A stretch of DNA of 64,000 nucleotides from Amphiscolops sp. MND2022 (lineage: Eukaryota): the NCBI GenBank assembly GCA_964187785.1, contig OZ076418.1, positions 29,140,001 to 29,204,000 of the forward strand, written 5' to 3'. Each line of letters opens with the position of its first letter. Position 1 is the stretch's first letter. Below are positions 47,428 through 57,293 of the stretch, piece by piece. A model generated the notes under the pieces. The model was not told the origin of the DNA. It ran no database searches and saw only the letters and a list, made by a program, of their open reading frames with translations. The translations under genes were made by a program, and so were the position numbers.

Positions 47428-47910
47428 TCAACAAAAATTATCGGATATAAAACGCAAGATATCTTGTTCCGTGGCATATGCTGGGTAATCCGACACAAGC
47501 AAATCTCGTTCCGAAAATCTTTTTTGTTTTGTTGAATAAAAAAAGTGAGCCATGAAAACACAGTATATCCCACAATTACCACTATCAATAGATTGCATAA
47601 ACACTTTGTTCGGAACATATTGATATAAGCATTGACCAGTGTGGATGGCATGTTTTTCTATTTTTGAGAAAATTTGAGGAAAAAAAGTCTCGAAATCTCT
47701 ACCAAAGCTATCATATAGGAGAATATTTTTGTTCTTCGAAGCAATCAAAAGCCAATGCTCTCCACTGCTTTCAGCGGGTAGGGTATTCACGATTACAAAC
47801 TGTCCGCTTTTAGGGGGAATAAATGTGTCTCTGGAGAAGCATCCCAAATATTTAAACTTCAACACGGGGTCTTTATTAACGAGTAGCGTAATTTGGAGAT
47901 TGTCAACCAT
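47428..47910 (-). CDS. Adenain-like maturation cysteine protease
   Basis: FKYLGCFSRD, IVNT...SSGEHWLL (His), YDSFG (Asp), QSIDSGNCGIYC (Gln/Cys); intact. Confidence 0.9.
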   Translation of the reverse strand: MVDNLQITLLVNKDPVLKFKYLGCFSRDTFIPPKSGQFVIVNTLPAESSGEHWLLIASKNKNILLYDSFGRDFETFFPQIFSKIEKHAIHTGQCLYQYVPNKVFMQSIDSGNCGIYCVFMAHFFYSTKQKRFSERDLLVSDYPAYATEQDILRFISDNFC

Positions 47911-49240
47911 TGTAAATGTTGGAGTTTTTTATCACTTCGCGGTTGCGATCAATCAAGACAACAGAACGTCTTTCACCCAAAAGTATCAATCGTATCGCTT
48001 TTGTAGTGGGCTCTTTAAACTTCAATTCCAAGCCCAACCGAGCAGCTGTAAGTTCGGGTCTGATTGTGTTGTCGTTAATGTGGTAATCAGCTGTTAGGCG
48101 AAAAACCAGACAGAAATGATTTTCGAAAGTGTCGAGAGTGATACCATTTCCACCGTGTTCGAAACCCAACGCTTTCAATGTGGTGTAATAAGCCCGAACC
48201 AGTGATGAATTCATGCTGAGAGGAGTTCCGCCCACAACATTTCCCTCACGATTGATTCTGACGGTGTCCAGTCCAAGACGCTGGAAATGAAACGGATTAG
48301 TCCTGTAACTTCCACTGAAACTGGTTTCGGGTATCATGAGTAAGACAAGACGGCTAATAGGAGCTCTATTGAAGATATCATCTTTGTAATAAAGTGTGAC
48401 TCCCTCCGCAAATAGAAAAGACTTAGTCACCACTTCTCTAAAATCGTATTGAGCAGCTTTTCTAGTAAGGGCACGTTCCAATCCAAGAAATGTTTCGTTT
48501 TTAAGTTCCTGCTTATGAGCAATCAAGGACGCGTTCAGTATTTGAATGGCGTATTTACCTTGTGAGTCTTCTGTCCCCACCGTATGAAGTAAAACAAATT
48601 GATCTGGCGAACGATAGAGGCGGATTCTAACATCGACGCCGGGAAGAATAAACTTATTGTTATCGGCCAAAAAACTATCAGATAATCTTCCGTAGTAACT
48701 CCATTGTTCAGTAAGTCCCACTCCAAGTTTCCGCCTATTGGAAAACGCCTCCCCCGAGCTGTCGGAAGGATCTTCTTCAATTTCATACCCTTGACATCGT
48801 AGCCAACCTTCTTTGCAGCTCTCGTTATGGGATAATTCCGCTTCTACCAACGCTCTGTAGGGATAGAGGTTATTCGACGATGAGACAGGGGTCCCATTGA
48901 GTGCTACTTCTACATTCTGGAAAATACTATGCATCAAGTTATTGACAAAGACTGGTTTTTTGCTCACATCGTCGTCGCTTTCAGTTTTTGAATTAGACAA
49001 GTGCTTCAATTTTACGTCCAGTTTCAAAAAGAGATTCACCAGATCAGTCACCGTTCCTCCAATGTCCGTTTTTGCGCCTGTGAACTCAAAATCCAGAACG
49101 GGTCCGTCGGCACTTGTTGGAGTGAAAACTTCTTCATTGTACCCTCGCTGGAAATCAACAAGTATTTCAGATGATCCAAAGAGCGACAAACCAGAATTTG
49201 TTCCTGGTTCGGGCGGTTCTGAGTAAATAAAGTCAGGCAT
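47903..49240 (-). CDS. Major capsid protein (double jelly-roll, Polinton type)
   Basis: About 445 aa intact ORF; FVNNLMHSIFQNVEVALNG, NLYPYRALVEAEL, QGY, NPFHFQ motifs; stop overlaps the protease ATG. Confidence 0.88.
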   Translation of the reverse strand: MPDFIYSEPPEPGTNSGLSLFGSSEILVDFQRGYNEEVFTPTSADGPVLDFEFTGAKTDIGGTVTDLVNLFLKLDVKLKHLSNSKTESDDDVSKKPVFVNNLMHSIFQNVEVALNGTPVSSSNNLYPYRALVEAELSHNESCKEGWLRCQGYEIEEDPSDSSGEAFSNRRKLGVGLTEQWSYYGRLSDSFLADNNKFILPGVDVRIRLYRSPDQFVLLHTVGTEDSQGKYAIQILNASLIAHKQELKNETFLGLERALTRKAAQYDFREVVTKSFLFAEGVTLYYKDDIFNRAPISRLVLLMIPETSFSGSYRTNPFHFQRLGLDTVRINREGNVVGGTPLSMNSSLVRAYYTTLKALGFEHGGNGITLDTFENHFCLVFRLTADYHINDNTIRPELTAARLGLELKFKEPTTKAIRLILLGERRSVVLIDRNREVIKNSNIYNG

Positions 49241-49358
49241 CACAAACAAAATAAATAAATAAAAAAGCTACAAAAGGCACACTGAACTATTCTGAGGAAA
49301 ATATAACTAACGTAACTCTAGAGGACACTGCTCTGAAGACGTTTTGACTAAACGCGAT

Positions 49359-49908
49359 CTACAATAGATGCAAAGAAATCTTGGCGGGATCGTTTTTTCT
49401 TGTTTGACTTTTTACGGCACTACTCGGCTTAAACGTTTTTCGTTGACTTGGAGTTTTCTTCATTCTCGCAACTGTTTTTCTCGATCGATTTTTCTTGAAT
49501 GATTTTTTACGTTTTGATTTCGACTTTCGCACTTTTCTGACACCAATCGATTTATTTTTCTTTCGGGAGGCCACTCTCCCTTTTTTTCCAATTTCGAAAC
49601 GTTTCAGACCTCCTCCAACTTGCTGTCTGATTGTTTTTTTAGGTGCATTCTTCACTGCGGCTTTTGGCTTCGAAGTGCCATCTAAGACATTGATGACTTC
49701 CGGCGCAGCTGCTCGAAGAAATTATTTTTTCAGCGGGAATTCCATATCTTCTCATCATCGGAATAACAAACCCTCGGAAGCCCATTTTTATGGCAGTTGG
49801 TAAGCCGCTACCATACTGCCGCGACGGTGATCCTTGAAAATAATTTAGACCAGACAAGTGCGGCTTTATGTGATTAGAATTTACAGATGAGCTAGGGAAG
49901 GATGACAT
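49359..49908 (-). pseudogene. Small basic core/DNA-condensing-like protein, frameshifted
   Basis: RQYGSGL...FRGFVIPMMRR followed, after a shift at an A-run (~49730), by QVGGGL and a very Lys/Arg-rich tail. Confidence 0.65.
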
Positions 49909-50020
49909 CCCGCCTGGTTAAAGACAAAAATCGACAGCTGAAAACAAGAGCAACTTATCGCAAATAGAATGATAAAAAAAATGAAATTTAACAAAAGTAT
50001 GAAAAGATTTGAGAAACTAT

Positions 50021-50851
50021 CTAATCAGTTTTTTTGAAAACAAGATTGAGAGTTGTTCGACCAACACCAACAAAAGGTATTAAATCCCCGGTTTCAGTGC
50101 GCAGTTCTACGAGCATGTCAATGAGGTTCTTCTTGGAAACATTTTTGAAAGTAGGATTGGGAAAGGACATAAACGAGCAGGCACCATAGCCGAAAGAGCC
50201 TCCGGGTTTCTCCTCCTCCTCCTTCGGCGGCATCTGTTGAGGGTTGAATAAAGGGAATGTATTGAGAAGTGGAGCACGGCTGTTGCCGACGAACTGCTGC
50301 TCTAAAAAATCTCCATACACGTAAACTTGATGCCAATGATGAATGTCTACGGGAAAAAAGGACGGCATGTTATGGTAATCCGGTGCATGTTTCCACGGGG
50401 ATTTCACCCGCTAACAACCGAGAATGTGGAAAAGATCGGGTGACATATCAGCAAACCTGACAGTTTCTGGATAGTTCAAAACAAACTTGCCCTCAAGATC
50501 GATCAGCCAACTGAAATATTTTTTCAAAGCCTCTTTGTTCCATACTCCTCGTGCACGGTGAATGCTTCTATGTATCTCTTCAACTACCTGTTCCAAGTCT
50601 GTATAAACACCTTTTCCAAATTTGCAATTCTTTATCCATTTTTTTCCACCCACGTGGTAATAAAAGTCAAATGTCGACTCTCTAATATTGTAAATCTTCC
50701 GGGGATATGTAATCTCAGTTAATCCGACTTGCCACCTTCTCTCTAGTTCAATTGTTGTTGGTAAACAGGTCCTGAAAGACGCCAAGGTATTGGAGGGGTA
50801 CACGTCTGAAGACGCGTTAGATGAAAGGGTAATGGTGAAATGCTCCGTCAT
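50021..50851 (-). pseudogene. Minor capsid (penton-like) protein, frameshifted
   Basis: MTEHFTITLSSNASSDVYPSNTLASFRTCLP...WQVGLTEITYP at the N-terminus; VYVYGDFLEQQFVGNSRAPLL...ELRTETGDLIPF...TTLNLVFKK at the C-terminus in another frame. Confidence 0.82.
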
Positions 50852-50978
50852 TAATATGCTGGCGAGCAAGCAATCATTTGTGCGACAGATTTCGGGTTCA
50901 GTTGTGAACACAATTATGCAACTAACTCGATAATGTGTGATTAGAATGTGATAAAAATTTTTAAAATATCTGGATCGC

Positions 50979-51988
50979 CTAGAATAAAATTCGCTGATGA
51001 CGCGACCGACTCCGATCAGACAAGTAATTGTAATGAGTAATTTCTTCAGAATAAAATCGACCCAGAATTGGCTCGCCTTTCGAATCTCGTAGTTTGTAGG
51101 TAATTGGTTCGTGCGGTGGATTGCTGACTTGACTGACTCGAAAAACTTCTGAGGTGTATTGCTGTTTGTATCCCTTACGGAACGCCATGTCTTTGAACGC
51201 GATTCTAACCGTGTCTCCCACTTTGAAAACAAGAACTTTTCGACGTCTGTGATATTTCTTGTTTGCTTTCCGGTGTTCATCTTGCTGCTTGCGCAAGAGT
51301 ATTGGAACATGCGTCGCGTCAACATCGTTAGGAGACATACAAATGGACCGGTTGAAACGTTTGTTCATCAGGCTGACGAAATTTTTCAGGTTGTTTATGT
51401 AACGAAATGTTCTAAATTCTTCAAAAAATTTATAGATGAGGGTTTTAATCGAACGTATATACCTTTCAGCCATTGAACTTTTTGTCTCACTATGAGTGCT
51501 ATATATTTCAATTTCATTGTCATCAAAGAACTTTTTGAAGCTACCTTTAAATTCCTTTCTAAGATCGACCCAGACTTTGATCGGGAAGTCAAGGTGTTCA
51601 AAATTAACCATTTTTTGAACGCTCTACAAGTCTCTTCAGAAGTTTTTGACTTCATGGCTTCGACTCGTGTCTTTCGGGAAAGAGTGTCAACTGCAACTAG
51701 CAGATACTTGTAGCCATTGTTGTGCTCCGCAAGTTTCTCCATGAACGCAACGTCAATAGACCAAATATGGTTTATTCCAAGGCTTCTAACAGACAACCGC
51801 CTGAATTTCCTTCTAACTGGTTTGAACTTTGTGTAGGTAGATGATGTATGTAGAAAAGCTTTGACTTTGGCCAACGACAACCCACTAGCTTTTTTTAGAC
51901 TCTTGACACTTCCAAACGCCGCGAGATGTTTTGTTGAAGTGTATATACCATGCAGTAGGCGGAATTCAGACTCTGTCAGCTTTCTCAT
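50979..51988 (-). pseudogene. Retroviral-type (rve) integrase of the Polinton, frameshifted
   Basis: IWSIDVAFM...YLLVAVDTLSR (D1), VWVDLRKEF (D2), SMAERYIRSIK (E), GDTVRI, GRFYSEE; split between ORFs 51395-51988 and 50979-51611. Confidence 0.92.
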
Positions 51989-52012
51989 GGTCTTGGAAGT
52001 GCTAACCGACGC

Positions 52013-52666
52013 TCAATGCATAATAGCAGCCATATTTTTACCAGAAACATTTTTGCTAAAAATATAGCTCAACGAATTCCTATTAAGGATTGGCTTTGAG
52101 GCTCTATCGAAACTCGCAGGGTCAGACGCAGGGAAAAGGACATCCAACGCGAGAAGGTAACTATCTGGAATTTTTTTCTGATAGAGTTGCATGTCTTTCA
52201 AAAATTTTATGATTTTAATACTGGAATGGGGTTGGAAGGCTGGCTTATTGCCTCTGCCAATGTTGAAGGTTTTTGTAGAGAAATTGAACGTTATGTCATT
52301 TGAGGATGAGAGGAGGTCGATAAGTCCCGTTATTCGGTCTTTCCGTCGGGAATTAGATAAGTAAGAATCTTCATTATCTTTCGAATTTTGGGTGGAATCT
52401 GTCACATTAGACACTTCTTTCAACCATTCTTTTTGATGTCCTTGAACAGTGTCACCTGGTGTTGCTACGGGGTCGTTTTTCGCGGGGGCAAACTGTACCG
52501 GCTCTGTTGATGGTTGCGATAAGCGTATATCGGGCAATTTCTCCTCTGCGTCGTGTTCGTCCGATCCATTATTAGTAGAGCCCACAGAAGAACAAAAATC
52601 GACAATTTTATTATACAGTGGTAATGGTATCAGAACAAACTCCTGTTGCTCCAATTGCGCTTGCAT
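52013..52666 (-). CDS. Polinton protein of unknown function upstream of integrase (217 aa)
   Basis: Intact ORF between ATPase and integrase, starting with EFVLIPLPLY. Confidence 0.6.
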   Translation of the reverse strand: MQAQLEQQEFVLIPLPLYNKIVDFCSSVGSTNNGSDEHDAEEKLPDIRLSQPSTEPVQFAPAKNDPVATPGDTVQGHQKEWLKEVSNVTDSTQNSKDNEDSYLSNSRRKDRITGLIDLLSSSNDITFNFSTKTFNIGRGNKPAFQPHSSIKIIKFLKDMQLYQKKIPDSYLLALDVLFPASDPASFDRASKPILNRNSLSYIFSKNVSGKNMAAIMH

Positions 52667-52683
52667 ATCTCGACTGTTGTTTT

Positions 52684-53780
52684 TCAGGAAGACTCCAATT
52701 GATCCACTGTGTGGGTCAAGGTACTATCGATTCGACGCATTTCGTCAAAATGCTGTGACAAAACAAGATGAATTTTGCAATCTCCATTGTTGAATGGACC
52801 TGGAACTGCTGATCTTTTCAGAACTGGTTGATCATCTGCACTATAGAGGTACTGATTCTGGATGTCATACGGCACAAAATAAACAGCAGATTGATGTTGA
52901 CTACTGGCCAAAGAAGTAGCTAGTTCGTTTGTGGATTGTTTCCTGTTTCGCATGGGAGTTTGGCCAGACTGTGACTCACTGTTTTCGAATTTTGAGAATA
53001 CAAAGTCTCGACAAAAAACCGACTGATCAAATGAGTTAGTTGAGAAGCGGAGAGCATCAGTGCAATTTGTTGTGAGGTCAATCAACAAATGTCCGAAGGG
53101 TCTTACAGTAGCTTTCCGATAAACATCCAATAGAAAAGTAGGCCCGCCGTACTCAATCTCAGAACCGAGAATTTTCAGTTGTTTGCCGATTCTGGGAGTT
53201 TTCAAAATAACGAAAGGTGTAGTGTTTTTATCAATAGTCACACAGTATTTACCCTGTTGATAAAGGTTATGTTTGACAAAAATCACACTCACACCGCGAT
53301 GACGACCGGCTGTTGCTAGGTTTGAAAAATGGAAGCTTTGAATTAATTCTTCGCAACTGTCGTCAAAAATTGCTAAAACTTTATCGTTCTCAACACTGGT
53401 TCGAAACCCAGATTCTTCTTTTTGGTGATTCAACAGATTGTTTAATGCCTCTTTAATTTCAGTGGAGGTTTGATTGGCTTTAGAAGTTTTCAGGCGTTTC
53501 ACTGGAACATCTGGGGTCTTGTTGACTCCATCACTGCGTTGGTTGGACGCAGCAAGTAGTTGACGAAAAAACAGCTTTGCTTCGATTTTTTGCAGAAAAC
53601 TATCATATATAGGCTGCCAATGACGATAAAAGTAAACAATTTTTTAAATGGAGGACTGAAAATGCCGCCAGTGGTAGAAGGTTTTGTGAGAAAGTTCAAA
53701 ATATGGTTTGTCTTGCCCGACTCTGACCCACCACATACGCTCATAAAAACTCTTCTGTCGGTAGGAATGACCTTGTGCAT
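52684..53780 (-). pseudogene. A32/FtsK-like genome-packaging ATPase, frameshifted
   Basis: Walker A GGSESGKT, Walker B LAIFDDS, GRHRGVSVIFVKHNLY; frame change at ~53570. Confidence 0.92.
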
Positions 53781-53785
53781 ATCAA

Positions 53786-54499
53786 TCACACAGTCGGTAA
53801 AATATATGTCAAGCAGAGAGAGATGATCATGAAGTTCGCAGTGTGATCTTCGCAAGAAGGGTTCTTTATGAAAAGTACCCTCAGCGCTGCAAACAAAACC
53901 AAAACAACGACAAAAAAGATTTGACAAAGGAATACAAATCTTTTCTTTGATAAAAAAAATCCACAGCAATGCCAATCGTTGTCTTCAGAATCTCGCTTCA
54001 ATTCAATTTGAAAGTGATATCGCGACTGAGTCCCTGGAAACACACTGTCAACTTGGTCACACGCTATGCTTTTTCCGGGATCTCCTCCAGCCTCGTCTTT
54101 TGGTGGAGGATCCTTCGTGTAGGATGGTGGCGGAATAAGGTAACCTAACGTCGAGCTAAGTATTGAAAGATACAAGGCTGTTTCGTCACAACTCAGGGAC
54201 GCTCGATATTAGATTAGCGTTAGCTTTAAGAGACAACAAATATCCAAAACGGAGATAACAAAGAGTTGTGTCAAATAAAAAATTTGCTCATGTGGTAACC
54301 TGTTGATACTTCTTGTGGTTGATTGGAGTCCAATTTTTTCTGTCTTGAGTGAATTCGAGCAGCTTGTGTTTTCTCTCCTACCGGTTAAATCTCCACATTC
54401 CTCTGCCGACTGTACTTCCAGAGGAAAAGGTTCCAGATTATGGCTTGGTTCGTTAAGGCTGCTGAATGTCACTTCTACAGGGGTTTCAATTATACTCAT
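53786..54499 (-). pseudogene. Small membrane protein with two tandem hydrophobic-hairpin modules, in-frame stop
   Basis: ORFs 54209-54499 and 53786-54175 are in frame, separated by a TAA at 54209-11; modules end LSSTLGYLIPPP and ISLCLTYILPTV. Confidence 0.6.
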
Positions 54500-54679
54500 C
54501 TGAAAACGTTAAACTATTACTACATCTGTGGAAAACAAAAACTAGAAAAAAACCTAAAAAGGAGATCACAGTTTAATCAAAAACTTGTGGATAAAAATTT
54601 CTTGACACAATCACATATGCTAGAAACAAGACGCTAAATCTAAAACAAACATGCACGCTTTTTATTGAGTCAGCAGTTG

Positions 54680-55768
54680 TTACTCAGTTAAAGACGACAC
54701 ATCATCTGTTTCTACGTTCTCGGTCGAAACACTGGAGTGTTGGTCTCGATCGTTAAGTTGATCCATACTCGAGGCATATGGTGGAGGAGGTGTACTTGCT
54801 CTAAAATGACTCGTCTGTTGATCCATTCCTGTTTCCTCTTCGACCTGATGGGTGCCATAGCTATTGTTATCACTCATATCCGAGTTGGTATGGTTCGAAT
54901 AGTTTTCACTATAAGACGCCAATGTTTGAGTTTGACCGTTTGGATAGGGATAGTTGTGTTCATGAGAGTGAGTGGGCATTGTGGTCTGGTATGACGAAAC
55001 GTTTTGATGACGGATATGCTGATAATGATGATTGTTGTACTGCTGTACAGAGTACCGAGGGGTCAAGTTGGAATAAGAACCGTTGGTTTGAACATTGATT
55101 CGCGGGAAAGAAGGTTGCGTCGGCAAGATTTGATAAAAGTGACCATTCGAAGAGTTGATACCCGGTATAAAAGCGTTTAAATTGTTCGAATTCACAAAGC
55201 TTCCAATTCGGTTTTCACTTTGCGGGTTGTTTGTTCTCAAGGATCCTTCCCACGTTCGTCTGACTGAACTTCGAAAAGCAACTATGCTGTGGGCCAACTG
55301 TTTGCTGGCGACTAGAGAGGTGAACTCAGCCCAAGTAAGACTGAAAACTTGCTGGAAACTTTCGGGAGCCCCGTTGGAAGTCGCTGGCGCTGGATTCTCA
55401 TTGTTGGCTAAACGGTTGGATGATCGTGAGAGAATAACGGTCGGAAGAGAACAATCGCTATAAGTTTCAGTTGGAGCAGCAGTGGGGGGTCCCACATTCA
55501 AAGAATCGTCGAATTGGAAATTCAAATGAAGAGTATCTGACAAAGGTACGAGGCCCATCATTTCTTCAAGTTGTATCGCTCCAACTTGAGGCGAGTTTCG
55601 TTTCAATCGCTCTGAAAGCAAAGTAATGACGTAACTTAAAAACGAGGAAAAACAGGCAACCAGTAACATGACCAATCCCAAGAAAATTGGGGATAAGGTA
55701 AATACGGAATGCGTAAAAGTACCCTGGACCAACTTTGAAATCTCGGTAGAGAAACCCGTAAGCGTCAT
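54680..55768 (-). CDS. Putative single-pass membrane protein with a disordered tail and PPPY motif
   Basis: ATG at ~55768 (MTLTGFS...); hydrophobic IFLGLVMLLVACFSSFLSYVITLL; Ser/Asn/Gln-rich tail; STPPPPYASS. Confidence 0.6.
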   Translation of the reverse strand: MTLTGFSTEISKLVQGTFTHSVFTLSPIFLGLVMLLVACFSSFLSYVITLLSERLKRNSPQVGAIQLEEMMGLVPLSDTLHLNFQFDDSLNVGPPTAAPTETYSDCSLPTVILSRSSNRLANNENPAPATSNGAPESFQQVFSLTWAEFTSLVASKQLAHSIVAFRSSVRRTWEGSLRTNNPQSENRIGSFVNSNNLNAFIPGINSSNGHFYQILPTQPSFPRINVQTNGSYSNLTPRYSVQQYNNHHYQHIRHQNVSSYQTTMPTHSHEHNYPYPNGQTQTLASYSENYSNHTNSDMSDNNSYGTHQVEEETGMDQQTSHFRASTPPPPYASSMDQLNDRDQHSSVSTENVETDDVSSLTE

Positions 55769-56511
55769 GGAAGCAAGCGTGTAGTTTGAGAATAGGAAAA
55801 ACTCTACCCAGGCACTGATGCAACAAAACTTTTTCCAGGGCCTATGAGACCACCGTAGCTCGCTCTGAAAGAATAAAGGTTCGCATTGACCATCAAATCT
55901 TCCCTGCAGTGCTGACAAACCGAATGGCAACTGCAATCACGTGTTTCAACGAGACAGACGCTCAAGAAAACTAAGTGATTAAAAATATATTTTTCTGTCA
56001 CTTCTGGAGACAGGAACAATTTCAACTGCTTGCAGTCGCGATTGAGATTTTTCCTACTCTCTAAATACCACTCGTGCCAAATGGGGGCTACGCGGAAGAT
56101 CAAAAAAACTTTGTCATGCGATAAACTGTTTTTCATCTCGACAAAAAGAATAATGAGCAGCAAGGTGAAAAAAACTGCCATACATGGACAGAGAGCCACA
56201 TACATAAAAAAGTTACTGATTCAAAAGATGTATAAATTACATAACTAACTATAAACATAACAAACGGAGTTTACAATACTGCACTGACTGAATAGATCTT
56301 GACAAAAACACTAAATTTTTGAGATACGATGTAATTGCATGGTGGAACACAAAGAAGATGTGACCTTCCGTCAAACTTTTTTAACATGAGGAATGACAAC
56401 CAACTCCCACTGTTTTCTGGCTTTCACTTTGGGAGAGCGTTTAGGAAACAGAATTTTGTTGCACAGTTTCTCATTGCTTTCATAGGCACTCTCGAAGCTT
56501 TCTTTGAAGAT

Positions 56512-57215
56512 TCAGCCTTGAACTCTAGCGAAGTCCTGGTCACGAAAACTGGCCCAAATGGAAAAAGGACACCACACATTCCTTTGATGCACATGATAAC
56601 CACACTGGCCGAATTTATGGAGAAACTCATTTAGGAAAAAAACTTTCACCATCTTGACATTTTCCTCGAATCGCCAGTTCGTTGCTGATTCGCCGGTGAA
56701 CGAGGTTCCACAGCAAGTATCATTTTCAGTTAGTTTTGTGCACTTGCTAGAACTGATCGCGAAGCCACCACTACTTCCAGCATCCTTATGGTCTTCTGCA
56801 CTGGAAGCGAATTTGGATATTTTTCTCGGTGATGGGGTGAAATCATCGGCGTCAACTGATGGCAGAACTGAATTTGATGGGCAATAAATAAGGATATGGA
56901 GGTGGTTATCTATTGTAGAACGGTCGTATGGCTCGGGCAGGATCAAACATCTTCCGTTCGGGTACTTCCAGGTACGTTTTTTTTTGATGTCAGGTCAGCG
57001 ATACAGCCCAGACTGTTTTCTTTAAACCCACATTGTTTGTAACAGTGCGTCAGATGAGCCCCAATGACGTGATCCACGCCAGCTTCTTCCAGCAGTTCCC
57101 CAAGTCGGTCACGTACAAAATAAACTTGTTCAATGGCGTCTCTTTCTGTCGCCAAATCCGGGTAGAAACAAAAATGCGAGAAGCCTGTAGTACAGCGAAG
57201 CCTGAATTCCATCTC
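56512..57215 (-). CDS. Polinton accessory ORF(s), unknown, probably one frameshifted gene
   Basis: Overlapping ORFs 56943-57290 and 56512-56946 abut at ~56945, directly downstream of PolB. Confidence 0.35.
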
Positions 57216-57293
57216 TAACGCCGGCGACACAAATTGTTCCAAACACTCTGAAACGCAAGAAAAGTAAAACACAAATATTTTTCGGATCAACTC

